A DNA stretch of 64,000 bases from Octopus sinensis (taxonomy: Eukaryota), in assembly GCF_006345805.1 (NCBI RefSeq), contig NC_043005.1, positions 25,296,001-25,360,000 of the forward strand, read 5' to 3'. Shown here in pieces: positions 1 through 13,190 of the stretch. A model generated the notes under the pieces. It searched no databases, had not been told where the DNA came from, and worked only from the letters and a program-made list of their open reading frames with translations. The position numbers and the translations under genes were made by a program. Position 1 is the first letter of the stretch, and each line of letters begins with the position of its first letter.

Positions 1-421
1 ATTCAATCTTAAAAGTAACAAACGTAAAATGTTTTCTTCTTAGGTTTAGTCATTTTCTACAGTAATTTTTACTCATTAAGCATATAATATTTGTCATTAT
101 AATTCGCGTTTTTTTTTTCTAAAATAAACAAACAAACGAAAAAACGAAAGAAGCATATCCAAGAAAACCAGCTTGCATCATATGTTCATTCTATTATTTT
201 GGGTTATTTTAAGTCTACTGCCAAGTATTGGTTCAGACCCTGTAGTACTCCAGAAAACGAATCATAAAAATTTGTGTTACAAGCTACAGGAGACAAGAAT
301 TTTCTAATGTTAAGATGAATATTAATAATGCTTACTTCATATAAAGTAACATTAGTCATGAAGAATATTAAATGACAAAAGGTGACCATACACATGAGCA
401 AATACTCTTTAAGTTCTACAC

Positions 422-586
422 CAGTGGTTCCCAACCATTTCACTAACAAGGACCCCTTTTATTTAAATGAGTTTTCCCACGGTCCCCTTTTAATATGCTT
501 ATCATTATGTATATGTATATGAAATTTTGAATTTAGTTCACAGACCCCCAGTAGTACCCTTGCGGACTACAGGTTGGAAAATACTG
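422..586. mobile_element. hAT (Charlie-like) MITE
   Basis: TIRs CAGTGGTTCCCAACC / GGTTGGAAAATACTG; 8-bp TSD ttctacac (414-421) / ctctacac (587-594), matching the hAT-Charlie NTCTAGAN-like target preference. Confidence 0.8.
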
Positions 587-2739
587 CTCTACACTATTCT
601 GACGTTAATTTATTAGTATGACTAACAGAAAAACTGCCCTCCGGGCTGTTTTCTGCTGGGCACTTTATTACATTTTCACATTTGATTACCAATTCTAATA
701 ACTTTAATGATTTTTTACGTCTAATTATTTCTTTGTATAATAGTGCTCACTTGTGTAGTAACTATTGCTGTCATTATTTTATAACAGTCATAATCTCTCT
801 TTCTTTTAAACAAACATCAAGGTAGTCCATCTACGGGGAGGGGAGCAGTTTGTCTAGTTTTACGTTCCCCTCAAAGCAACATACAGATTTCAATTCAGCA
901 GCCCATCTGTAAGCTTTGTAGTGTGTGTGTGAGAGAGAGGGGGGAGAGAGAACATTGCAGACAATGAATGAAATAAACATGAAATGAAATAATCATATAA
1001 ATAAAAGGGCATTACTGCAGATGTATACGCCCCAGATTTTGTTACCTCATAACAACCAGGAAAATCGATACCTTTTTTTACAAAATTCTCTATATAGATA
1101 TTTATGAGTAAAACCTTTTTCCGAGGGGCTGCAGAGAGGAGTTTCAGAAAATTCACGCGATCCGAATTTTTTCCCTCATAACTTTCAGGGAAATGGCTAT
1201 CTTTTAATGGAAGTTTATACAAATCACTTTCAATCGGCATAGATTATGATTATAAAGAAATTTGTGGGGAAAATCTTTTCCGGGCGTGGGAGTGGGAAGA
1301 TGAGTTTTGGATCAAGAAGACGAAATAAGTTAGAACTACTCTATTTTGAGAGGGGTTTTCCACATTATTTGTAACCGACAGCCTTAAAATTGATAGGGTA
1401 TGGGTGGGCATCTTTGTGCAAAGGAAGTTTTGAAACATTTTTTATCAACGCCATCCTTCTTCATTCCTCTCTAGACATATTTTGGCCAATGATTTTTTGC
1501 ATTTCAAAACCATTGGAGGAGCCTTTTCGGTTAAAGAAAAGAAAATTCAGTATTTTCAGAGGGAAAAGTGATTGATTTGAGATTTAGCTGTTGCTTCTAG
1601 CACATCCAAAGACAAACTTCTTCGTTTCTTTATTGCTCTTGCATGTTTTGATGTTTTTCAATATACTCCCCCCTAAATATATTTATATGCTATAGAAAAG
1701 AAAATTTGAGAAATTATAAAGTTTTTGAAATCCCACTCCCTACCCCCGATTGTTTCTGCTTAGAAATTAAAATTCATTTTAATAGCATACTGTTATGTTA
1801 GAAAATATTTTTTCTTACACACACACACACGCCTTCGCTTGTTTGAGTTAAGGGTAAAAATTTAGATTTCAATTTTTTTTTGTTGCTTATATTCCACCAA
1901 AGGTCCATACATGTGTTACTTCGGCATCATATTCCATAAAATGTGTTTAATGAGATAAAAATATTGAAAAAAAGCGGAGGTTGGTTGCGTTTGTGCTAGA
2001 AATAACAGTGAAACCTCCCTCAAATTGTACACTTTTTCTTCTGAAAATATGTACATTTTTTTTATTTTACCGAAAAGGCTCCTCCCATGGTTTTTAAGTT
2101 TAAAAAAGATAACCAAAATCGGTCCGGATAATTATTATTGTAAGGTTTTTAGCTTTCCAAACACCATAATAATAAAATAACTTCTTATTTTTTTTACACA
2201 AATAAATTCTGTGTATTAAAAGATTTTCATTCAATAAATAATGTTTTTACATTGCGTATATATTAAAAGAATAAACTGTGGGTTTTCCAAACAGCGAATT
2301 AAAACTTGAAACGAAAACACTGAATTAGAGAGTGAGAGATTTTGCAAATGAAAACGGTCTACTCTGTAATGAACACAACGAATATTTAAATTTGTGAAAA
2401 ATTGGAGTTCAGAAATCGAAATTATATGAAATTTCTTGGAACTTGAATTTATAAGGAATATTCAAAACGGCCAATAAATGCTTTCTTTTAGTACTTTTAG
2501 TAACTATTACTTACCTAATTAATAAGCAGCTTTCTCCATTATCATTCAACTACTGTAGTAGTTGAATAATATTCTTAAGTCCGCAATTTACTCACACGCA
2601 GAATTTTCAGAGCTTGTCGTTAATTCAGTTCTTAACCAAATTGGAAACTGATAACATTTTTGAAGAGGGCTGGTCCGTAGCCACGTTTTGGCATAAAAAA
2701 TTGAGATTTGATCCCATAGAAAAAAGTTTACATCATCAA

Positions 2740-3100
2740 AGTTTGTAGCAACGACGTAGGAGAGTAAGTAACGCCATCAATCAAGTTTAGATCTAAATAA
2801 CTTTTTTTATTGTAAAAGCAAAATATAGTTATCTTAGCTTCAATGATAGAAGAAAGCATGAAGAATATTAATGTGTTGGTCCCATGCATGAAAAATTTGT
2901 ATCAAATAAGTTGTGACGTAACATATCATGACATTTCTACCGATACCACGAGAGGAGTTGTTGACCTCAAGATTAGAATTCAAAACTCTGAGGTCATTTG
3001 CTAGAAAGTTCCATTTAAGAGAATCATGAATTCGGTCACCACATTACCTAACCTTCACAACCCTTGTGTCCATGGCCAAAATTATATTGAGATGATAGGT
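2740..3100 (+). pseudogene. possible highly decayed Helitron Pif1-helicase fragment
   Basis: scattered remnants in the expected order: CDVT (cf. LCNGT), RKF.LR (cf. QFPLR), HGQNYI (cf. HGQLYV); many stops and frameshifts. Confidence 0.3.
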
Positions 3101-4287
3101 GGTCTGTCCGATAAAAGAGAGATTCCAGTGCTTTAGTGAGTTACAGACCGGCTTGAACTTTTCTTGTAGATCCTTGACAGCCGCTTCCCTTGAAATCTTC
3201 CCAAGCAGCAAACGCTATGGCGTTCAGAGTTTGTCTGCCGGTAATCCAGTCATAAGCAGACGACTGCGTGGTTATATAACAGCGTAGGTGAAAGGTCAGC
3301 ATATTTTATATGATCTGAGAGCAAAACAAAAGGATTTTATTTTTCTAATTCATAAAAAATAATCGTTAATCTCCAATATTTTCTCTATTTGGAATACAAT
3401 TCCTCATGCATATTTGACACAAAGCACATCTTATCATTTAGGAGATTATGTCCCTTAAACCGCAATTTTAAATGAACTCTATAGAATCTTTCTTCGATTT
3501 CATTCCTAATAGTTCACTCACCAAACTGTCATATAGAACATATAAATACCATTTATTCAATACAATATTCTCTTATATGCTTGTATTTTTATGTTAACCA
3601 CTCAAACGACCCACTCTCCTATACATTCCCCTCATTGGAGCACACACTGTATTTACTCGAGCACAATGCAATGTCGAATACAATGTGATCCCATATACTT
3701 CTATCTAAAAATCAGCAATATATTTTATTCAGATATCTCTTTCTTACTGACTCGAGTATTATGCTACCTCTAATATTTTGAAGCTGACGCTTTGAATTAA
3801 ATATTTCGCATTATAAACATATAAATACAGCGTCTGTTTACACCTTTTCATGTATTTTCCCTTTAATACTGTGAAATAGTTGATAAAAAGTAACTTCTTA
3901 TTCAAGAGATTTAATTATAATCTATCTCTGTCTGTCTGTCTATCTATCTATCAATTTATCTATCTATCTGTTTCATTATAATAAATATATGATTATATAG
4001 GTAAATGTATACAGCATCGTACACACACACACACACGTATGTGAGAGTGAGTGTGTTTGTATATATAAATTCAAACAAATAAATACATCGGTGCGTGAAT
4101 GTGTGTGTGTGTGTGTGTATGTATCACACGTTATCATCAAAATAGATAAGAAGACAAAATCGCCTGAAACGAAATATTGATCTCCAGAATAAACGAGCTA
4201 AAAAGACTAAATAAAATAATACCGAAAACCTTACAGAAGAGACTCTACTGTAAAAAAAAAATGCGTGTGGATTTGTATAAACAACAC

Positions 4288-4476
4288 ATTGTTGTTGTTG
4301 TTGTTGTTGTTCTTGTTTTTGTTGTTATTAGTTTTCTTCTTCTTCTTCTTCTTCTTATTATTATTATTATTCTTATTAATATTATTATCATTATTATTAT
4401 TGTTGTTGTTGTTGTTGTTATTATTATTGTTGTTAATATTATTGTTATTGTTACTACTACTACTACTACTACTATG

Positions 4477-4527
<51 letters not shown>

Positions 4528-4530
4528 GCT
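4288..4530. repeat. compound trinucleotide microsatellite (GTT/CTT/ATT/ACT)
   Basis: direct reading; explains the poly-I/V/L ORFs 4177-4644 and 4265-4477. Confidence 0.95.
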
Positions 4531-4713
4531 GTTGGTATTAGTATAGCTTATACTTATATTTTAAATTTTGCTTTGCTCGTTACTTCGTCTTCATTATTAA
4601 TGGTACAGTTGTTTTTTGTAGGCAATTTTCTATATTTACTTTAGATGGTTCAAATATATAAACAGACCAAAACTCAAAGTTACAAATACTATAAAATAAT
4701 CAAATATTCTATG

Positions 4714-4755
<42 letters not shown>

Positions 4756-4839
4756 GGTCCCGGGTTGATTCGGGGTTAACCACAGTAAATAAGGTACTCA
4801 ATACATAGTAGAGTAAAATTAATTTAATTATATAGAAGG

Positions 4840-4890
4840 AGCTTCTACAGGACTAGAACTGTTTCATTCAAGAGAAATCTTCAGGAAGCT
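4840..4890 (-). ncRNA. type I hammerhead ribozyme (family A)
   Basis: minus strand AGCTTC-CTGAAGA-T TTC tctt GAA T-GAAA-CAG ttctagtc CTG-TA-GAAGCT; GUA cleavage triplet. Confidence 0.8.
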
Positions 4891-5154
4891 AGTTAACAGG
4901 ATTGTATTGGCATTTATACATTTAGGCAGGTTTAAAGGAGTGTTGGTGGGGGACTTTTTGGGGGTAGGCATAGCGCAAAATATCATACTTGGGGGAGTAT
5001 GATATTTATTTATTCTTCATCTAATTTAACACTGACTCCTTGACCACTCCCCCAAGTATGATATTTTGCGCTATGCCTACCCCCAAAAAGTCCCCCACCA
5101 ACACCCCTTTAAACCTGCCTAAATGTATAAATGCCAATACAATTCTTGTTAACT

Positions 5155-5204
5155 AGCTTCCTGAAGATTCTCTTGAATGAAACAGTTCTAGTCCTGTAGA
5201 AGCT
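5155..5204 (+). ncRNA. hammerhead ribozyme, inverted copy with a 1-nt deletion at the base of stem II
   Basis: AGCTTC-CTGAAGA-TTC tctt GAA T-GAAA-CAG...CTG-TA-GAAGCT. Confidence 0.65.
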
Positions 5205-5644
5205 CCTTCTATATATAATATATATATATATTATATATATTATATATATATATATATATATATGCTGAGCATGCGAAATAGAGAGGACATTTTTTTGCTT
5301 CTATTTTCTTCTCTTTATCAGATGTGGTAGTCCTAGAAAATGTACTGCAAAATTATTATGGAAAAGAACTCCTGTCGAGTTTAAATGGTTTATGTGACTC
5401 ACTTCAAACGCAGGAATTTTCAATGGGCGAAATATAATACACAAAGGCTCACACGCGTGCATACATATTTAAAAGTGTATGAACAAAAGAGAAAGCACGC
5501 GATACATAGGGTAGGGTTTAAACATGTATTGCATTGCATGTATGTATGTGTGTATGTATATTATAGATATCAATCTGTCTGTTTCTCACTCTGCATTTGT
5601 GTGTATATATGTGTGTGCATATGCATGTGTATGTGTATGTATAC

Positions 5645-5793
5645 GGCTGTGTGGTAAGAAGTTTCGTTTCAATCCACATGGTTCTAAGTGCAATATCACT
5701 GTGTGGAATTTTCGGCAACTGCCTTCTCTAGCCCTGGACCGAACAACCCCTTGCAAGTGGAGCTGGTAGAAGGAAACATGAAGAAGCCCGTCG

Positions 5794-5795
<2 letters not shown>
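5645..5795 (+). mobile_element. tRNA-derived SINE family 1, 5' half (diverged)
   Basis: GGCTGTGTGGTAAG...GAAGAAGCCCGTCG matches 9737 and 49091. Confidence 0.75.
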
Positions 5796-5827
<32 letters not shown>

Positions 5828-5844
5828 AATGTGATCTGATCGGC

Positions 5845-6450
5845 AAGTATCCGGACTGTTGCCATAGTAGCGAAGTCATAGCATGCAGAGTGAAGCTGCT
5901 TGACATAAATTGCTCTTCAGATCTGCAGTGCATGCACACTAAGTTTTAACGTTCTAGCTCACTTCTGCTGTTTATAGCAGTGCTTGGAAGTAAGGTTTGC
6001 AGGGTGTGATTGTCGTATTGACCATGAGAGAGATAGCTGAGCAAAGAATCTTGGCGGTACCTGCTCAGACGCCTACACAAAGTTTTCAAAACGTTTTCAT
6101 CATTCTCGACAAAATCAAGGAGATCTGGTGCAACTGAGAACCCAAGTGATAATGGACTGAACTGAACCGTAACTAATCTGCACATCCTCTGATAACTCAC
6201 GGATTGTGTATTCAACGATTTCCCCTCACAGCTGCACGCACGACAGTGTTGTTTGTTTTTAAGTTCTGCTGATTGCAAGCCTCCCAGAGCGTTCACCTAT
6301 ATTGACATTCTTGCGGCCAACTTAGAATCGTCTGAACCAGTTTTGTGAGGTTCATACACTCCTCTCCGTACACTTTCTGCAACTTTGTGTAGGCTTCTGA
6401 GCAGGTATGACCATGACAACTTTCTATGTCATGGTCAATGCAAATATCAG
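5845..6450 (-). pseudogene. rearranged Tc1/mariner transposase remnant (N-terminal HTH)
   Basis: minus-strand fragments SEAYTKLQKVYGEECM, ERSGRL, ELSEDVQISYGSVQSII, DLLDFVENDENVLKT; plus-strand MREIAEQRI start near 6024. Confidence 0.7.
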
Positions 6451-6833
6451 ACGTTACTCATCTTCCTTCGAAGCATTGCTGTACGCGACAAAGAGGGCTA
6501 GAACGGTAAAACTTATTGCGCATGCACAGGAGAGTTGAAGGTCAATTTTATCAAGTGGCCTCACCCTGCTTGCTTTAGCTTCGTTATTATGGCAACGGTC
6601 CAGATACTTATTGTGTGTATGTGTGTGTGTGTGTGTGTGCGTGTGTGTGCGTGTGTGTGTGTGTATTTGCAGGGCGAACGGTTTTGTTATATGGTGGCGT
6701 ATTTTAAAATCCTGCAACTAATGATAATGGTATGTTTATATAAGCTTAAAGCTTATGACGATCACCGTGCAATCACTACGGAAAATATTCTAATAACGAG
6801 GCATATAAGCCGACGACAGAAAAAGAAGGCTTT

Positions 6834-6867
<34 letters not shown>

Positions 6868-6874
<7 letters not shown>

Positions 6875-7995
6875 AACTATGGTTGCAGAACAAACAAATA
6901 AAAGGTCATCCACGTAACATATCACATCTCGAACATTTGATCACATAATGCTTTTCTTACACATAGAATATAGATGCCTATAATCACAGAAGATGGAACA
7001 TAATTCATTAATACAGGCATATAAGAGAAACGTGTGAGTACAGTCTATCGCGATTAAAATTTAATACTTTAGCGACTAAAAAAATATATCTTAACATTAT
7101 AACATCTAGAATAATACATATATAAAAATATAAAGAAATATATAAATATATAAATATATAAAAATACGTATATAAAGAAAACATATAAATATATAATATA
7201 TAAGGTAAGATAAAAGTTCACCATTTAGAATTTTTTTCGATTATATATTGCATGGTTACTTATTATAAGTAACCATGAAATATTGCATCAGGTTTGGTTA
7301 AAGAAATTTCGCCCTGGTATGTGAAGTGTTTTTTTTTTTTATTTTTCCCCTGATGAAGGAGTAATTATCGTGATGCACCTTCGTCCATTAAATACGGTAG
7401 TGAATTCCTGAAATGGCCATAGGTAATGTAAATATGGTTTCTCCTTTTTTGCTTGGACACTGGCTTTTCATAATAAGTTTTTCCTTATCTTAAAAAGTAA
7501 TTTTTAATCGAAAGAATTTACTAAAGGATGAACTTTTATCTTACCTTATATATTATATATTTATATGTTTACTATATATACGTATTTTTATATATTATAT
7601 ATTATATATTTATATGTTTACTATATATACGTATTTTTATATATTTATATATTTATATATTTATATATTTATATATTTCTTTATATTTTTATATATTTAT
7701 TATTCTAGATGTTATAATGTTAAGATATATTTTTTTAGTCGCTAAAGTATTAATTTTTAATCGCGATAGACTGTAGTCACACGTTTCTCTTATTTGCTTG
7801 TATTAATGAATTATGTTTCATCTTCTGTGATTTTATGCATCTATATTCTATGTGTAAGAAAAGCATTATGTGATCAAATGTTTGAGATGTGATATGTTAC
7901 GTAGATGACCTTTTATTTGTTTGTTCTGCAACCATAGTTTACTATATTTGTTCTCATTTACTTGATCACTTCTATAGCCGTCCTATTAACAGTTA
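6868..7995 (+). mobile_element. HHR-bearing fold-back element (family B) inserted in (TA)n
   Basis: inverted arms 6868-7242 / 7505-7947, spacer with a hairpin (7251-7276) and an HHR, unique 3' tail 7948-7995, (TA)n on both sides. Confidence 0.85.
7345..7426 (+). ncRNA. minimal type I hammerhead ribozyme (family B)
   Basis: CTGATGA (7350)-stem II AGGAGT/ATTCCT extended by ATTATCGT/ACGGTAGT-GAAA (7410)-palindromic TGGCCA-TA-GGTAA pairing with upstream TTCCC (one mismatch). Confidence 0.7.
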
Positions 7996-8047
7996 TATAT
8001 ATATATATATTATATATATATATATATAAACAGTTTATATTATATAT

Positions 8048-8083
<36 letters not shown>

Positions 8084-8094
8084 ATATTAACAGT

Positions 8095-8126
<32 letters not shown>

Positions 8127-8565
8127 GATATATATATATTATTATATATATATCACATATACACATTATTCTCTATACACATGTGTGAGTGTGTATACAA
8201 CATATACCCTTGTCAATCTTGAAAGATTTGGAAAGATTACATTGCGATCGAAGGAGAAGTTACGACGTTTGTATATTTGTTTGTTTCTGAGCACGGTTCG
8301 CTTATCTATACTGGAACACACACATTCCCTTATTAAGTTGTAGCTTACTTTTTTTCTATCATTTGCGATCCAGCAACAGTTTTTACATATCTACAGTAAT
8401 TTGCGTGTCGTTTTAAAATTTGTATTATCTTGTCTTAAGGGAGGGAAATCCAAATGCATTTATATAACGTTACTTTTGCAGCAAAGCTTCTAATCTAATT
8501 TAAGGATATTGAAGCTGTACCACACACACACACGCATACACATACCCACACACACACACACACAC

Positions 8566-8588
<23 letters not shown>

Positions 8589-8609
<21 letters not shown>

Positions 8610-8731
8610 GTTAGCCCCTGCTCGCTTATCCAGTGGGGTGGCGTCATTCGAAGGCTAAAACAATGCGAACGCATTGTGACTAGCGATGTGTAACTACATT
8701 TGATGGACTGGTCGGTCACGTGATCACGTGA
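8589..8731 (+). mobile_element. SINE/LINE 3'-end fragment within (TA)n
   Basis: GC-richer island between TA arrays, ends GTCACGTGATCACGTGA; resembles a common cephalopod retroposon tail (recognition only). Confidence 0.45.
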
Positions 8732-8783
8732 TATATATATACATACATATATAAAACATATATATATGTATGCATATATATAT

Positions 8784-8787
<4 letters not shown>

Positions 8788-8820
<33 letters not shown>

Positions 8821-8867
8821 GATGCAGAGAATAAGAGATAGATAGATAAATTGATAGATAGATAGAT

Positions 8868-8946
<79 letters not shown>

Positions 8947-8978
8947 TATAGATAGGTAGATAAATTGATAGATAGATA
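8788..8978. repeat. (GA)n + (GATA)n microsatellite
   Basis: direct reading. Confidence 0.95.
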
Positions 8979-9736
8979 TCTGTGAGTGTCCATAGCTTCT
9001 TATTGACCTGCAAAGCGAATGGAACTATCCAATCTGGCTGAGAATCAGCAACTGTTAACCAAAGCTGTTGCATAAATGTCACATCTCATTCAAATGCAGT
9101 GTACAATCCTGACATTTGGCATTGTCTAAGGATACATCGTTTTAGATCATCATTGAAAAGACTACCTTGTTGCCATAATTGTTTGACGTAGTTCTTTCAA
9201 GTGGTGAAAATGAATATACTTGCTCATGATCAATGGAGTGGTTGACAAAGATTTCGGGAGACAAACTCAGCCGTTGGTTGAACAGTTGAAAGAATTATTA
9301 TTGCATTTAATGTTTCCCTTCCCAACGACTCACTTAAATTTCGCTATAATCCTTTTCAAAGTGTACAGGCGCTTACTCTCAGTATGATATCCCATGAAAC
9401 ATATCGCTTTTGAGAATCCCAGTGGATAAGTGAACCATTACCTAAAGAATGCCTTTTCCCATATTTTCCGAAGCCAAATCTTTTTTTTTCTTTTTTTGTT
9501 TAATGAGCAGGTTTTCTTTTTTCTCTCAATTCAACGAACTATTGTGCGAAATATCGACCATTATTCATTTCTTAATTCCCCTTTACAGCCTTAAACTCAT
9601 ACCAGATACTACTTTGTTATGTCTTTTAACATTTTCGTTGTATTCTGATTTGAGATTTTAAGAACTAAATATAGAATAAATCCACATACGCTCTATACAT
9701 ATATAACTTATATATATATATATATATATATATAGA

Positions 9737-10130
9737 GGCGCAGGAGTAGCTGTGTGGTAAGTAGCTTGGCATCTGCGTGGCATCTTGGGCAAGTGTCTTC
9801 TGCTATAGCCCCGGGTCTTCTGCTATAGCACCAATGCCCTGTGAGTGGATTTGGTAGACGGAAACTGAAAGAAGCCTGTCGTATATTATGTATATATATA
9901 TATATATATATATATGTATGAGTGTATGTGTTTGTGTGTGTGTGTGTGTTTGACCCCCTAGCAGTGCTTGACAACCGATGCTAGTGTTGTTAACTCCCCG
10001 TCACTTACGGTTCGGCAAAAGACCGATAGAATAAGTACGGGCTTACAAAGAATAAGTCCTGGGTCGATTTGCCCGACTAAAAGGCGGTGCTCCAGATGGC
10101 CGCAGTCAAATGACTGAAACAAGTAAAAGA

Positions 10131-10131
<1 letters not shown>
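9737..10131 (+). mobile_element. tRNA-derived SINE family 1, near full length, internal (TA)n(TG)n
   Basis: GGCGCAGGAGTAGCTGTGTGGTAAG head; tail GGCGGTGCTCCAG...CAGTCAAATGACTGAAACAAGTAAAAG; several copies in the window. Confidence 0.9.
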
Positions 10132-10168
<37 letters not shown>

Positions 10169-10204
10169 GTAATGCGTGTTTGCCAAGTTTGTACCAATAT
10201 ATAA

Positions 10205-10235
<31 letters not shown>

Positions 10236-10545
10236 TGTATGTATGTATGTGTGAGTATATGTATATATATATATGTGTGTGTGTGTGTGTACATATATAT
10301 ATGTATGTGTATATATAATATATATAAATGTGTGTGTGTGTATATATATATGTAGGTATGTATATATGTATATTCATGTATGCATTATTTGTACACATCT
10401 GTTTCCACAACAATACATATATATATTTATATTAAAAATATGTCTATATATAGACGTCATATACGCACACCCCTAGACACACACGCACACACATATACAT
10501 CATATACTTATGGTTAAAATAAATATGTACATATATCTATCAATA

Positions 10546-10587
<42 letters not shown>

Positions 10588-12871
10588 TAAAGAAGATTAG
10601 AAGAAAAGATTGCCTGAAACGAAATATTGATCTACTGAACAAACGAGAAAGTATACACATAATACAAAGGAATCTCTTCTATAAATTTTATTTTGCATCT
10701 GGATATGTATAAATAACATATTATCACTATAATGTTATTTTTTTATAAAACTTCTAACTCGTTATTTCGTCTTCACTGATTGTAGTACTTCTGTCTTTCT
10801 CCAATTTTCGTTTCTTTAAGTGGTAAAGTTCAAATATATAGGCCAATCCTATACTTCGCGAAATTGATAAAAAAATGTAATTTTCTATTTACGTATATTT
10901 GTGTTGTGCTGAGTAAACAAAAGGGGGAAAAAGTCGTTTTAAAGTTTATATTTCGTCTCTTAATCAGCTGGTATCTATGTTTAGATGTGTTCGTGCGCTG
11001 ATTAAATTTTTTAGGGGTAATAGACTGCAAAAATATTAGTAGGATAAAAAAATTACTATGAATTTTGATTAGATTTCATATAAATGTGTGTTAAGCTACG
11101 AAAGCGAATATACTAGCAATCAAGAAAGAATCTGCAATGTAGGACACTGCTAAACTAAACATTATAACGCTAGACGTCGAACAAAAAAACGGGAAATGTC
11201 TTTCAACTATGCCATCCACATGAAAGGTTTTAGCCTATCTCGTACGGTATCTTCTGTATTCACTTACCTGGGTGCTCACACACACACACACACACACACA
11301 TACACACACACACACTAATGCTGATGGTATGTCGCTTTAATATTAAAATGTTTAGATCAGTTGAATTAGAGAAAATAATAAAAACAATATGTGCGACAAT
11401 AAATATGTTTGAGGATGGAATATCGGAAGAGGCTATATTCAAAGCCGTTTCTGCCACACCTAATAATATAATTATAAATTCATGATAATCCGAAAGCTAA
11501 TCTCTTTTAAATGTGTGAAAATATGCCAAGGATTATCAGATCGGTCTTACGTAAATCTTGTCATTTTCATAACCACATTCGTAAAACGTGTGCTACAAAT
11601 CTAAACATCAACTTTTGAGACAGAAATATATAATATCTTGTAGAATTCAAAAAGGATCATGTGCAAACGTCTCTAAAACGGATATAGGGCAGACTCGTTC
11701 CACTCTAGGAAAGACTGGAACAATTCTATGGAATTCAGTGATAACTGGCACTAAATAGACTCCGCGCAAACGTTATAAGTCCTTATGTTGCAACGTCAAG
11801 ACAAATGGCTGAATAGGTTTACGTACAAAAATCATCGATCAGTCTCGACCTCGAAAATTAAGGAGTCCTTATAATACACTCCTAAACAGTTTTACACAAA
11901 TGGTTATATTTCAGTAAACACGTCCCAGCACGCACACATGTTCATGTACGCAAGCATGCAAGAATATATACATATTCTTAATTTTTTTTTTATTTGCCCG
12001 TAAGACACACACACATTTATATGTCTATATATTCCTGCAATTATACTTGCAGAGCTATTTCCTATGTGTTTGTGTATTTGAGATATTTGTTTCTCGTATT
12101 TAGTACCTTCATAACATTTGTGCCGTGAAAGACAGCGTAAATTTAAAGAATTAAATTTTAAGCAGATTAAGTTTGTAAGTACATAATACTACATACACAT
12201 ACATACATACATTCATATAAATATATATTATATATATATATATATATAATTATATATATATATATATATAATATACACACATACGTGTGTGTGTCTGCAG
12301 AAAGTGTAAGTATGCTTTTAAGCAGAGACATATGAATTCACTTTATCAAATAATTATTTGTAATAATACTCCCTTTAAAAATTATATTTTCAATTTTGCT
12401 ATCTCTTTTCAGACTAAGATTTTATGTTACAGGCAGTTTCGTTTTGGTAGTATAGAATTGATACAGGTTTTTATTCATATTTTTATTAGTTGAATTTACA
12501 AAATTACTGTGATTTCGAGTGTGCTAATATACCACTTAGTAATTGTACAATTAATGTTTTTTATTGCTACAGTTTATTTTGAAAGATTTTATAAAAATGT
12601 TTCTTGTTCTGCAGTGTGTATGAAATTTTATTGTACAAGCATTACGTGAGTAATAGAAGAATGCATTGAGATGGTAATCACTACTCACGTGTACGCACGC
12701 ACACACGCACACACCAACCACACACACAGACATATATATGTGTGTGTACACACACACATATATATATAGATATACATATACATATATATATACATATATA
12801 TATATATACACATATATATATGTATATATGTATACATACGCATGTATATATATTACATATACATATATATG

Positions 12872-13190
12872 TATGTAAAAATATGTATCTTTTGGTTTGT
12901 ATTGGTTAGTTTTCTATGTATTTGACTTTGTATGTAAACGTTTACATACATACACACATACATGCATATACGCATACGTACATATGTGTGTGAGTGTGTG
13001 TATGTATGTATATATATATATACATATATATGTATGTATGTAAAAATATGTATCTTTTGGTTTGTATTGGTTAGTTTTCTATGTATTTGACTTTGTATGT
13101 AAACGTTTACATACATACACACATACATGCATATACGCATACGTACATATGTGTGTGAGTGTGTGTATGTATGTATATATATATATATAT
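12872..13190. repeat. 165-bp tandem duplication
   Basis: GTAAAAATATGTATCTTTTGG... at 12875 and 13040, essentially identical. Confidence 0.9.

Larger units (their letters stand above)
4753..5215 (-). mobile_element. HHR-bearing fold-back element (family A, PLE pLTR-like) inserted in (TA)n
   Basis: ~170-bp inverted arms ~4829-4998 / 5046-5215, (TA)n on both sides; same terminus GTAGGTCCCGGGTTGA as the copy at 45265. Confidence 0.85.

Noticed and set aside
890-1240. 116-aa minus-strand ORF
   Set aside because: No recognisable motif; possibly decayed TE but not assignable
4177-4644. 155-aa hydrophobic ORF and the many YI/CV/HT-rich ORFs across the window
   Set aside because: Translations of microsatellites, with no coding signature
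11346-11485. short plus-strand ORF MFRSVELEKIIKTICATINMFEDG...
   Set aside because: No splice or homology support visible
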